Of a DNA stretch of 40,000 nucleotides, positions 9,252-18,284 are shown piece after piece. Both the position numbers and the translations under genes were made by a program. Position 1 is the first letter of the stretch. The number at the start of each line of letters is the position of its first letter. The notes under the pieces were generated by a model. That model worked only from the letters and a program-made list of their open reading frames with translations. It made no database searches and had not been told where the DNA came from. This DNA comes from Pseudomonas phage IR-QUMS-PaBa1-GHS-2021. The stretch lies in sequence record OP599913.1; one strand, 5' to 3'.

Positions 9252-12200
9252 ATGACAGACGAACAGAACACATCCCTTTCCTATGCTAAATGGTTGGTTA
9301 AGTACCTGAGATGTAACAACCTGCCCAAAGAACTGATCGATGATAAACGCCTCCGTATCGACTGGGAGGCTCGAACAGACGACGAAACCCTTTTAGCTCA
9401 CTTCAATGAAGACAGCTTAAGTGGTATTAAGACTGTTCGTTTTCTCAAGGACTTTTTCAACTACCAAGCGGGTTATGATCGGGAGACCCGGAATACCAGT
9501 TTCCTCAGAACCACGGAAGTGTTCAGGCAACAGGGAATCAATAACTTTTACTTCATCCTCCAATTGAACAATCCCCTGTTGAAAGGGGTGGATCCCTTTG
9601 ATCCTAACCTCACTCCTGAGCAACAGGTGTGGGTCCTGGAGGAGTGTCGGAGTAACTTTTGGTACTTCCTACGGGAAGTCTGCCGGTTAAAGCCGAATCA
9701 GCCCTTCTTAGCGAACCGGGGGAATATCAGCTTTATTTGGTCGTATTTGAATCACATTACCACCTACATGATCATGCCGCGGCAACAGGGTAAGCAGCAG
9801 CGTAACAGTGCTAAGGTCCGTATTGTACCTAAGGATACCCTGAAGACTATTACCCCTCAGGATACTTGGAAACGGATTGAACACCTACGGGTGGGGGATC
9901 AAGTCCTGGACCGTTCCGGGAAACCGTGTCAAGTGATTGGTATCCACCCCCAGGGTAAACGCCGGTTGTATCGTGTCATTACCAGTGACGGGCGAGCCAC
10001 GGATGTAGGGACTGAACACCTGTGGACCTTGAAGGATTATTCCAACTGCCTCAATGGACGTGCACTCTGGAATGACTATTCGACCGTTGATGTCATTAAC
10101 CTGTTGAAGAAGAAGGTGAAGCTTCAATTGCCGTTACCGGCTCCGGTACCCGGGAGTGAACAGGACCTACCTATTGACCCGTACGTTCTCGGGTTGATCT
10201 ATTGCGGGCAAGATCAAGACGGTAAGGTTATTATCCCCACGCGTACGGATGCGGTTAAACAGTACGTGGCTGATCTTCTCCCTCGGGGGGTAACAGTTAT
10301 TCAGGGAGTGGCTAACAGTTGCTTAGAACGGACTGATAACCAACCTTATTTATTCAACAGGGAACACGGTTTACCGGATCAATACCTAGAAGCCCCTTTA
10401 AACGCCCGGAGAGACCTCTTACAGGCGTTTTTAGACGTTAGGGGTAAGGTTGGTAGGGGTAAGGTCTTTATAGCCTTAAATCGCGTCCTAGGAGGTCAAC
10501 TGGCGTATTTAGCCCGTAGTCTAGGTGGAACCGGTAAAGTCACCAAGAACGGAGTAGAGATTACCCTACCGGAAGAGGTACCTCCGTTCAAGTTCAGGGA
10601 AGAGAATGTCGTCTTTGATAATCGGTTGCTGATCGAGCGGGTGACTTTCGTAGGGGATGACGATTGTACCTGTATTGAAGTCGATAACAGTGAACAGTTG
10701 TATTTGACCGATGACTTCATTGTGACCCACAACACGGTATCGGTTCAGGTGATTGACTTCTGGTTAACGTACATCATGGGCCGGGGGTATACGAGCCACT
10801 TGATTACCTTGAAGTCGGATAACCGAGCTCAGTTCATTGCGGCTATTAAGCAGATACGGAGTTCCATTCCCTCGTATTTGATTAACTCGACCTACAAGGA
10901 CAAGGATGCTGGTACCAGTCTGACCTACAAGGCCTTTGGGGAAGATAACGTTAATACGCTGTACATTAACGTCCCTCAGATCAGTCAGGATGCAGCAGGG
11001 GATCTCGGTCGGGGGTTACGGGTAGGGACTACCAACTACGATGAGTCCGGGTATATTCGGTTCATCGACACCATCATTGACGGGTGTTCCCCGTCCTCGC
11101 TAACGGAAATGGCGTTGTGCAGAGAGCAGGGGTTGCCGTATGGGATTACGCACATTACGACCCCCAATACCACGCTCCATCCCAGCGGGGAGTTTATGTT
11201 CAATAAACTCATGAGTGCAACGGAGTGGCGGGAGAAGTTCTTTGATTGCTTCAGTGAGAGTCACTTGAGGCAGATGTTACTCAGGGCTTCCCCTACGAAG
11301 ACAACCTCTCCGTCAGTCTCCATGGTGTACAATTACCTTCAACTGGGTAAGGACAAAGCCTGGGTGCGGGAAACCATTGACCTGCTAGGATTGAGTTTGG
11401 CGAAAGCCAAGATCGACTTATTGCTCATGTGGGTGGAAGATGGGGAGAATCGGTTGTTTGACGATGTGACCCGGGAAGCCATTAACAACATGAAGCGGGA
11501 CGTGGTGTGGAGTAAGGAGTATCGGGACTGTAACCTGTACGTGGACTTCTTTGTGACCCAACAGGAATTGTTGGAGATGGCAAAGAAGGAGTACAATGAC
11601 CATTTCCTGATTGGTGTGGATACGTCCTCAGCCATTAACAAGGATGCCTGCACCATTGTGATTCGCAGTATGAAGACGGGTAAGGTCATTGGGGTGGGAC
11701 GATATCCCTTAACCTTCTTGGATGATGTCACAGCCATTGTTGTGGATTTGCTGGACGTGATTCAGAACAGCACCTTGATCATAGAGCGTAACTACGCGCA
11801 TCACATGATCGACAGTCTGTTGATTATGCTGCCGGCTAAGGGTATGGATCCCTTTAAACGGGTCTTTAACCAAATCTACCAAGACACCGTCAATAACGCT
11901 AAGGAGTTTGAGGAAGTCCAGAACACCAAATTTGCTTACCGGAATAAAGCGTTCTACCTGAAGTATAAACAATACTTCGGGTTCGTGACGACCAAGACCA
12001 CTCGGGACGTCCTGTACGGCCTCATCCAAGAGGCGGTTGGGAATACCGGGTACGGCCTCTGTTATGCGAAGCTCGCGGATGAATTGATCAACCTGAAACT
12101 CAAGGGGGATCGAATCGACCACGATGCGAAGCAGCACGATGACTTGGTCATTGCGTGGCTACTGAGTTACTGGTTCATTAAGCTCGGGGAGAACAAGTCT

Positions 12201-12518
12201 TTGTACGGGATTCCTCCAGGGATTGCCTTAACGGACACCCGTAACCTACTGAACTCTGCTCAGAACCAAGGACGAACCGAGTATGAGCCGTACGTGGTTC
12301 AACTCATCGATAAAGTCCGGAGTAAGGTTCACAGCCTAACTGAAGAACTGATGAGCACCCAGGACAATATCTTAGCACTTCGTCTAGAGGTGGAGATTCG
12401 GAAGTTAGCCAAGATGTTGCCTCCGGAACAGAATCGCATGATGACCATTGACGTGCTGTTGGAGAACGCTAAAGTGGAACGCAACAAACGCCTACTGCAA
12501 CAACGCAGAACAGCATAA
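9252..12518 (+). CDS. terL: terminase large subunit (phiKZ gp25-like) interrupted by an in-frame intein
   Basis: N-extein ends in Walker A sequence PRQQGK; C-extein resumes TVSVQVIDFWLTYIM; nuclease-like LIGVDTSSAINKDACTIVI in the C-terminal part. Removing the intein restores RQQGK-T. Confidence 0.9.
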   Translation: MTDEQNTSLSYAKWLVKYLRCNNLPKELIDDKRLRIDWEARTDDETLLAHFNEDSLSGIKTVRFLKDFFNYQAGYDRETRNTSFLRTTEVFRQQGINNFYFILQLNNPLLKGVDPFDPNLTPEQQVWVLEECRSNFWYFLREVCRLKPNQPFLANRGNISFIWSYLNHITTYMIMPRQQGKQQRNSAKVRIVPKDTLKTITPQDTWKRIEHLRVGDQVLDRSGKPCQVIGIHPQGKRRLYRVITSDGRATDVGTEHLWTLKDYSNCLNGRALWNDYSTVDVINLLKKKVKLQLPLPAPVPGSEQDLPIDPYVLGLIYCGQDQDGKVIIPTRTDAVKQYVADLLPRGVTVIQGVANSCLERTDNQPYLFNREHGLPDQYLEAPLNARRDLLQAFLDVRGKVGRGKVFIALNRVLGGQLAYLARSLGGTGKVTKNGVEITLPEEVPPFKFREENVVFDNRLLIERVTFVGDDDCTCIEVDNSEQLYLTDDFIVTHNTVSVQVIDFWLTYIMGRGYTSHLITLKSDNRAQFIAAIKQIRSSIPSYLINSTYKDKDAGTSLTYKAFGEDNVNTLYINVPQISQDAAGDLGRGLRVGTTNYDESGYIRFIDTIIDGCSPSSLTEMALCREQGLPYGITHITTPNTTLHPSGEFMFNKLMSATEWREKFFDCFSESHLRQMLLRASPTKTTSPSVSMVYNYLQLGKDKAWVRETIDLLGLSLAKAKIDLLLMWVEDGENRLFDDVTREAINNMKRDVVWSKEYRDCNLYVDFFVTQQELLEMAKKEYNDHFLIGVDTSSAINKDACTIVIRSMKTGKVIGVGRYPLTFLDDVTAIVVDLLDVIQNSTLIIERNYAHHMIDSLLIMLPAKGMDPFKRVFNQIYQDTVNNAKEFEEVQNTKFAYRNKAFYLKYKQYFGFVTTKTTRDVLYGLIQEAVGNTGYGLCYAKLADELINLKLKGDRIDHDAKQHDDLVIAWLLSYWFIKLGENKSLYGIPPGIALTDTRNLLNSAQNQGRTEYEPYVVQLIDKVRSKVHSLTEELMSTQDNILALRLEVEIRKLAKMLPPEQNRMMTIDVLLENAKVERNKRLLQQRRTA
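9795..10733 (+). mobile_element. class 3 intein (313 aa) with degenerate LAGLIDADG-like insert, in the terL Walker A loop
   Basis: Starts with Q after PRQQGK and ends VTHN before T(+1). Block B-like GTEHLWTL (W), block F-like CTCIEVDNSEQLYLTDDF (C), block G-like IVTHN|T (T at G:5). Endonuclease-like segments PYVLGLIYCGQDQDG and ARRDLLQAFLDVRGKVG. Confidence 0.88.
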
Positions 12519-12526
12519 GACCTGAC

Positions 12527-12557
12527 CCTCCTGGAGCCCCACAAGGGCTCCAGGAGG
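12527..12557. terminator. intrinsic terminator between convergent genes
   Basis: 13-bp perfect stem CCTCCTGGAGCCC / GGGCTCCAGGAGG with CACAA loop. Confidence 0.75.
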
Positions 12558-12611
12558 TATCGGGTTATTTCTGCTTCAGAAAGGGCGGTATAACCCACTT
12601 AGTTACAAGGG

Positions 12612-12908
12612 TTACGCTACAGCAAGCAGTGCATGTTCCAGTTCTTGCAGAGTGTGACCTTTAGCCGGCTTGCCGTTGGCCAATAGGGTGAAGGCTTCAG
12701 AGGCGGTGGTATGATCCAGATACCAACGGTAGTTCGGCGAGTTTTCGTCGAACATCGGCGAGCGGGAGGGTTCACCTGGTGGTGTAGGGATCCAAGGGAA
12801 GATCATGAACACCCGGATTGACGCTGAACCACTTTCCACCATCACACTAACCATGGTGTGCGTATGGCACGAACAGAGAAGCTTTTGGGTCAAGGGGAGT
12901 GCGTGCAT
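12612..12908 (-). CDS. small hypothetical protein
   Basis: 98 aa from MHALPLTQKLLCSCH; ATG preceded by GGAGCAGACACT. The longer ORF-track start overlaps the upstream gene. Confidence 0.55.
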   Translation of the reverse strand: MHALPLTQKLLCSCHTHTMVSVMVESGSASIRVFMIFPWIPTPPGEPSRSPMFDENSPNYRWYLDHTTASEAFTLLANGKPAKGHTLQELEHALLAVA

Positions 12909-12955
12909 AGTGTCTGCTCCTACGCAGTCTGCATGAATAAATTCCTTGTAACTGG

Positions 12956-14317
12956 TTATTCGAAATAATCCTTGGACAGTACGCGCAGTACAATGAACAA
13001 GCACAACGCCGTACGAGTGGTTAATACCCACTGAGGGGTTTTACGTCCGGTAATGGCAATCACAATCTGATCACCTAATTCCCGAATCGTCTTAACCATG
13101 TCATTCCGACTCCGACTCGCCCCGTAAGCACCGCGCATCTTGATCAACACGTTGTAGACTTTACTGCGTTTGATGTTGTTGGCGTGCAGGTAATCAAACA
13201 GGTGCAATACGACCGTTTCAGCAAACTGTTTGTACTCAGGGGTTTTGGGGTTGTTGTACCGCTTAGGGAACTCTTGCAGGGTATACGTCAGCATGTTCAT
13301 CCGAACATCCTCCAGTACACTGGCTGCATAGTTCATTAACTCTTCCTTGTAGAACGAGGTTTCCTCTGTCAGGATACGGTCCAGGTACTGAACGTGTTGA
13401 TTCACGTCTTTCGCTACCGACTTAATGGTCAGTTCATCTCCGAGGTTAACCTTAGAGTTCTCCAGTTTAACGATGTTGGTCTTGTTCTTGACATCGTGGA
13501 AGACTTTGTTAATGTCGTTAATCGCCCTTCTAAGCCTGTTCTGAATATCTCCTACCATGTAAACGATTTTCTTATCATCGTTCATCTGGGTAAAGGCTTC
13601 GTAGTGGATACCGGTCTTAGGGTTCAGGATAAACTCCGCCCGAGCCTCAATCAACGCCCTCCAGCTTCCATACCGTTTAATGTCATACTTCAAGCTCAAC
13701 CGGTTATAGGTCTCCAAGACAACCTCTTTACGGGCGGTAAAGGGGTAGTCGTTGTGAATGATCGAAGTGAGGCATTTGTAGTGGTACATGCACACCACAT
13801 CTTTCATGGCTTGATGTTTAACTTTCTCCGGTAACTTCGAATGATGAATCCGGTACAGCAAGTAAGGAATGGTCATATTGAACGCATCCCCTACGACCGC
13901 CCACTCTTTCTTGATGGCTGCCGCGTTGTGGAGGTTCTCTTTGAGTTCCTCTTCATCCAGGTCAATGATGTCATTGAACCATTGGTTACGGTCTGCGGTA
14001 GTAAAGGTGATCTTCTGCAACCCTAGGTACGGGCTCCCAAAGAACTCCATGTGGTCCACCACACCCATACGGCGGGTAATGAACGCATACACGTACTTCT
14101 GAAGATCACTCGCCCACCGAGGGGTAATCTCCAAGTACGTCGCCAGTCGGGTAAAGATCTCCAGAATGGCATGGTTACTCTGGAATTCCACCCCTGACAG
14201 TAAAGCTTCATTCCCTTCCACGCCTAAGAGGTCACTATCAGGAGTCTTTGCCTCTTCAAAGAGACTAAAGATATCCTGGTCCCCTACGAGGTCTTCCGTT
14301 CCGTCTAATACTAACAT
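12956..14317 (-). CDS. conserved hypothetical protein, C-terminal hydrophobic segment
   Basis: 453 aa from MLVLDGTEDLVGDQ; ATG preceded by AGAGGGGTTTTCA; C-terminus VLTTRTALCLFIVLRVL. Confidence 0.6.
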   Translation of the reverse strand: MLVLDGTEDLVGDQDIFSLFEEAKTPDSDLLGVEGNEALLSGVEFQSNHAILEIFTRLATYLEITPRWASDLQKYVYAFITRRMGVVDHMEFFGSPYLGLQKITFTTADRNQWFNDIIDLDEEELKENLHNAAAIKKEWAVVGDAFNMTIPYLLYRIHHSKLPEKVKHQAMKDVVCMYHYKCLTSIIHNDYPFTARKEVVLETYNRLSLKYDIKRYGSWRALIEARAEFILNPKTGIHYEAFTQMNDDKKIVYMVGDIQNRLRRAINDINKVFHDVKNKTNIVKLENSKVNLGDELTIKSVAKDVNQHVQYLDRILTEETSFYKEELMNYAASVLEDVRMNMLTYTLQEFPKRYNNPKTPEYKQFAETVVLHLFDYLHANNIKRSKVYNVLIKMRGAYGASRSRNDMVKTIRELGDQIVIAITGRKTPQWVLTTRTALCLFIVLRVLSKDYFE

Positions 14318-14333
14318 TGAAAACCCCTCTTGG

Positions 14334-15182
14334 TTAATTCCGACGTGGTGTTGCCATCCGTATTGCTTCAATACGGGCTTGTTTATCCGACCACGTCATG
14401 CAGTTGATCCATGTGTTCTTGAAATACTCTTTGTATTGGGTCCACGCGTCACTGTAGGCCTGTATATCGTCCCGTATGGCGTCTAGGGGAACGCCTGAGC
14501 GATAAACCGCCTCTTGGGTAGGTCGCCTACAGGTTTTGTAAATATACGCCTTAACGGCCAATTCAACGAGCTCTGCGAACTGCCGGTAATGACGAGGGTG
14601 AATACTGCTCATCCCTTCATCGTATTCCATGATTACTTTAGCACTCATGGAATACGTTCCCGCATTCAACCCAAAGATCACAAAGCAGTTATTACCGGTC
14701 ATATGGACATTGGTGAACGTGACTGGCATACTGCGGTTAGAACTCAATCCCCCCAGTAAGCCATCCATCATGTCATTCAGTACTCCGGACCCACACATCG
14801 TGTTCTCATTCACTCCGGCTCCTAACTGCCCTACTGCGGAACTCATACTCCCCAAATAGACTTCCGTCACACTGATGATCTTAGCACCCCGAGTCGTCGC
14901 TTCCGGTACGTTCACCTCTACGCACCCATTCCCCCGATCACGGATCATGGATCCTCCCAGATCCAACAACTCCGTCTTCCCACCCGCTACGTTACATTCC
15001 GGTAGAACAATACGGTGAATCACCTTCTCCCGTATACCCTGTTCCACAGTTGTCTGGTTAACCAGGTTATACCAATTCCCCGCATAGTTCGCATTGGGGG
15101 TTTCAAACGCTAGCTTTAACAAGTACTCGTCAATATCACTGCCACTCACTACACGATTGATCGCATGGTCTACTGGATTCAT
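14334..15182 (-). CDS. hypothetical phage protein, possibly structural
   Basis: 282-aa ORF, GAGGTTACCTTAA-ATG; same transcription unit as 12956-14317. Confidence 0.6.
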   Translation of the reverse strand: MNPVDHAINRVVSGSDIDEYLLKLAFETPNANYAGNWYNLVNQTTVEQGIREKVIHRIVLPECNVAGGKTELLDLGGSMIRDRGNGCVEVNVPEATTRGAKIISVTEVYLGSMSSAVGQLGAGVNENTMCGSGVLNDMMDGLLGGLSSNRSMPVTFTNVHMTGNNCFVIFGLNAGTYSMSAKVIMEYDEGMSSIHPRHYRQFAELVELAVKAYIYKTCRRPTQEAVYRSGVPLDAIRDDIQAYSDAWTQYKEYFKNTWINCMTWSDKQARIEAIRMATPRRN

Positions 15183-15327
15183 TTAAGGTAACCTCGTCTA
15201 ACAAACCTTAACGGGTTTATACATCCCGTTAACTTAGGATTAGGGAATCATAACATCTTCCAGTGATTCCTCATTCGGTTTCCATTATATGTTCCACTTA
15301 CCCAATTCTCATTTTGGAGGAGGGGGT

Positions 15328-15416
15328 AAGATTCTTTAGGACTGAGCGACATGAGCCTACGGCGAGTGGAGTGAAGGAGTAAAGAATCTTGGGGGAGGAG
15401 GCCCTACCGAAGGTAG
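15328..15416. other. structured noncoding block with inverted repeat and nested hairpin
   Basis: 11-nt inverted repeat AAGATTCTTTA (15328-15338) / TAAAGAATCTT (15380-15390), then CTACC-GAA-GGTAG hairpin (15404-15416), in a roughly 650-nt region with no good ORF. Confidence 0.4.
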
Positions 15417-15485
15417 AGTCCAGAGAAGAGAAAAGAGAAAATCCGAAGGAAAAACCTATTACTCCGTAATAGCTTTTGCTCTTTA

Positions 15486-15508
15486 TATAAGCCCCGGAGG
15501 GGCTTATA
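15486..15508. terminator. hairpin, terminator-like
   Basis: 10-bp stem TATAAGCCCC / GGGGCTTATA with GGA loop; flanked by an AT-rich region but no clean U-tract. Confidence 0.45.
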
Positions 15509-15832
15509 AGGCAATAAAATTTAACTTTAGTATTTATTATTATTATAGGAAATTGCTTTTTTATTTAAAAAAGGAAAAATGAAGAGGAAATGAAAATGGG
15601 AAAATACCTTTTAAATATTCCCTAAATTTCATTTACTCTTAAAGAAGTACCCCTTTCAAAGTTAATTACCCCGACCGGCATTCCCGAACAGGGAAGCCGG
15701 CGTATAGGGTTTATACTGCAATATTGCAATTAAGGTTAATGGATTTCAGTTCTACATTATCATTGGGTAATGAAAGAATACAGTTATTCGTATTGATATG
15801 TTTTGTTAAACCCAGAAGAGGAAGAGTGTGTA

Positions 15833-16381
15833 ATGACAACGATTGCTTATCGTGACGGTATAATGGCAGCGGATACCCGGGTGGTCAACGGGGCCGATAT
15901 GATCAACCTCGGAGAGCAACGTAAAATCTACGAACCGGGGGAAGGAGAGTACTGGAGTGTCAATGGTGACCGTATTATCTGTTTTGGTTTGTCGGGGAGT
16001 CTGTCGGATCTGTTGGCCTTTAAAGAACTGTTGAGTGAAGGGATTACCTTTAAGACCAAAGCACCTGACCACCTCGTTGGGGACTCGAATATGCTCTGTG
16101 TGGGTGAACAGGGTAATGTTTGGCTGGTTTCAGCATATAAACAACGAGACGGGAGTATGGCGTTTACGGTGTCATGCGTACAACCCCCGTTTGCAATTGG
16201 ATCGGGGGGTATTTACGCCAGTTCGGTGATGGCGGTGGGTAAAAGTGCGGTGGATGCAGTTAAAGTGGCGTGTAAGCTGGATGTCTATTCCGGTGGTCGT
16301 ATTGATACCTGGGAACTCCCCCCTCCCCCAGCAACCCCCAGTAAGCGCCCTGAACCGGTCGCTGATAAGGCAGCAAAATAA
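15833..16381 (+). CDS. proteasome beta / HslV-like N-terminal nucleophile hydrolase
   Basis: 182 aa starting MTTIAYRDGIMAADTRVVNGADMINLGEQRKIY; conserved-type GLSGSLSD and AIGSGGIYASSVMAVGKSAVDAVKVACKLDVYSGGRIDTW segments match the Ntn fold with Thr nucleophile after Met1. RBS AGAGGAAGAG. Confidence 0.8.
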   Translation: MTTIAYRDGIMAADTRVVNGADMINLGEQRKIYEPGEGEYWSVNGDRIICFGLSGSLSDLLAFKELLSEGITFKTKAPDHLVGDSNMLCVGEQGNVWLVSAYKQRDGSMAFTVSCVQPPFAIGSGGIYASSVMAVGKSAVDAVKVACKLDVYSGGRIDTWELPPPPATPSKRPEPVADKAAK

Positions 16382-16411
16382 TCCCTAGGGGGGTAAGACA
16401 CTCGGAATGTA

Positions 16412-16472
16412 GGCGATGGAAACCTCAGCGTGTAGGTATTTTATGCCGATGACCTGCATTCACTCCATCGCC
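16412..16472. other. long-range hairpin in intergenic region
   Basis: GGCGATGG (16412-16419) / CCATCGCC (16465-16472). Confidence 0.35.
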
Positions 16473-16524
16473 GGTCCTGGTGGGAAGGTTAGGAGTGTTA
16501 GACACCCACCACCCCTCAAGTGCC

Positions 16525-16546
16525 CAAGCCTATTCTGTCAGGCTTG
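16525..16546. other. hairpin in intergenic region
   Basis: CAAGCCT / AGGCTTG, 7-bp stem with 8-nt loop. Confidence 0.4.
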
Positions 16547-16573
16547 AGAGGGTTGCCTACAAAACGCTCCGCC

Positions 16574-16610
16574 CCTCCAGCTCTATGTCACTATGATGTA
16601 GGGCTGGAGG
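16574..16610 (+). terminator. intrinsic terminator
   Basis: CCTCCAGC / GCTGGAGG stem followed by TTTTACTTCTTTTG. Confidence 0.7.
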
Positions 16611-16663
16611 TTTTACTTCTTTTGTTTTTTATTTACCCAGGAGGGGATATCTTATACCGTTAG

Positions 16664-16700
16664 AGTGACCTGTTTCCACGCCATGGTTCTCTAGGTCACT
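16664..16700. other. hairpin in intergenic region
   Basis: AGTGACCT (16664-16671) / AGGTCACT (16693-16700). Confidence 0.4.
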
Positions 16701-16735
16701 GTAAGGGTACAACGTTATTGATCCTCTTGGATGCG

Positions 16736-16792
16736 CTAACGGGTGGTGTTATGGTTATATCGGCGGTTACCCACCCGTTAGTCTTTTTTTTT
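16736..16792 (+). terminator. intrinsic terminator upstream of phuZ
   Basis: 11-bp stem CTAACGGGTGG / CCACCCGTTAG (16736-16746 / 16771-16781) followed by TCTTTTTTTTTG. Confidence 0.7.
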
Positions 16793-16889
16793 GATTACGC
16801 TAGATAATTTGAAACCTAAATTATTAGCAGGCTATTGGAGAATAGTCCTTTTTAATGACTTCCCTGTAAACCAAAGAGAGCGATTCGAT

Positions 16890-17852
16890 ATGTCTCAGAT
16901 TCAATACTACCTCATGGGCGGCGCAGGTATCAACATTGGCGCGGGTTTGAAAGAACATTCCCGCACGCGCGTGAACAGTGATGCGGGGATGGTAGGTTTC
17001 GATACCAGTGATAAGAACTTCACTGCGGCGTTCCCCATTGAGCAACTCGAAGGGGTGAACGGGAGTGGTAAGGATTCCACCAAGCACTACGACAAACTCC
17101 TCCCCTTCGTAGCGGCTAACCTGAAGAAACACCGTCCCGGTGTTCACAACATCATCGTAGCCAGTACCGCTGGTGGTACTGGGCGTGTTATGGCGATGAT
17201 TGCGTTGCGCCTGCTGGTCGAGTCGGGTAAGAACGTCATTCTCTGCCTGATCTCGGAACACACTTCCCTGGTGGATAAAGAAAACGCGGTCAACGCCCTC
17301 CGTTCCTTTGCTAACCAGTGCCAACCCAATCAGCTGAACCGTCCGGTGTGCTACATGGAGTTCGTTAATACACCGAACCTGACCCGTAAGGAAGTCAACC
17401 ATCAGGCGATTGATTCACTGAATCTCCTGAGTCTCCTCTTCGATCCTGGTAACACGGAAATCGACGAGGAAGACATTAAACGCTTCTTCAACTACTCGGC
17501 AGGGGGTAAAACCCGACCGGCGTTGAGCCGTATTCATTTCTACGACCAGGATGGTGCAGCGGACTATACCGGTAAGGTACCGGTCTCGGTCGCCAGCCTG
17601 TACCCGAACAACGATGACGTGGTTCCTCGGTTTATGGGATCGGTTTACCGGGCGACGGGTATCTTCTCCCCCAACAGTGATCGTCCGGTAGACATCAAAG
17701 AGCTGCACGTGACCCTCGATCACGGTGAAGCCCTGGAAGAACTGGAGAAAGAGATCGAAGGGCTGGAAACGGTTCAAGCTCAAGCTGCCGTTGACTTCTC
17801 TCAGCAGAAGGACATTTCGGAAGGATCGAACGATCTGGGCTTCATGCTGTAA
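16890..17852 (+). CDS. phuZ: PhuZ-like phage tubulin/FtsZ GTPase
   Basis: 320 aa from MSQIQYYLMGGAGINIGAGL; tubulin signature-like STAGGTGRVMAM; size close to known PhuZ. AGAGAG upstream of ATG; the ORF-track start overlaps the T-run terminator. Confidence 0.85.
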   Translation: MSQIQYYLMGGAGINIGAGLKEHSRTRVNSDAGMVGFDTSDKNFTAAFPIEQLEGVNGSGKDSTKHYDKLLPFVAANLKKHRPGVHNIIVASTAGGTGRVMAMIALRLLVESGKNVILCLISEHTSLVDKENAVNALRSFANQCQPNQLNRPVCYMEFVNTPNLTRKEVNHQAIDSLNLLSLLFDPGNTEIDEEDIKRFFNYSAGGKTRPALSRIHFYDQDGAADYTGKVPVSVASLYPNNDDVVPRFMGSVYRATGIFSPNSDRPVDIKELHVTLDHGEALEELEKEIEGLETVQAQAAVDFSQQKDISEGSNDLGFML

Positions 17853-17867
17853 GACAGACAGTGAATC

Positions 17868-17901
17868 GCTAAGGTAGGGAGCTCACGCTCCCTACCTTAG
17901 C
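17868..17901 (+). terminator. intrinsic terminator after phuZ
   Basis: 15-bp perfect stem GCTAAGGTAGGGAGC / GCTCCCTACCTTAGC, loop TCAC, followed by CTTTATT. Confidence 0.85.
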
Positions 17902-17990
17902 CTTTATTACGCTTTGGGGTATTTTTTATAATGGGTTTTTACTGAAATGGGCATTATTATACAGGCTTAATTAAATATAGGGGCTAGAAG

Positions 17991-18284
17991 GTGGCTATAA
18001 GCTTCTCTGTTGATTTATCAAGGGGTTACCTATACCGACCTACCGGTCCAGGTAAAAACGTCGTGTTAAGGAAAATAGACCGGTTTGACGTGGTGCACTG
18101 TTTACAGGCGTTAGGGTACCACAACCTTAACGAACGCAGTCTGAATCGTCGAGCCGCGGTCTTTATTCCGTCTCTGGAAGAGGACATCACGAAATTCACG
18201 ATCGGTGTACCGAGTGATGCACAGGTTCGTATTCGTGGGATTGGGAAGTGCTCCCAACGGTTATTGATTACATTTGTTTATTAA
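17991..18284 (+). CDS. small hypothetical protein
   Basis: 97-aa ORF with GTG start after GGGGCTAGAAG. Confidence 0.5.
   Translation: MAISFSVDLSRGYLYRPTGPGKNVVLRKIDRFDVVHCLQALGYHNLNERSLNRRAAVFIPSLEEDITKFTIGVPSDAQVRIRGIGKCSQRLLITFVY

Noticed and set aside
15759-15857. Short ORF MDFSSTLSLGNERIQLF... before the Ntn-hydrolase gene
   Set aside because: 32 aa, poor RBS, overlaps the start of the well-supported downstream gene in another frame.
15183-16889. Possible tRNA genes in the hairpin-rich intergenic regions
   Set aside because: No cloverleaf with a T-loop GTTCRA box and CCA-compatible acceptor stem could be assembled by eye; tRNAscan-SE would be decisive.
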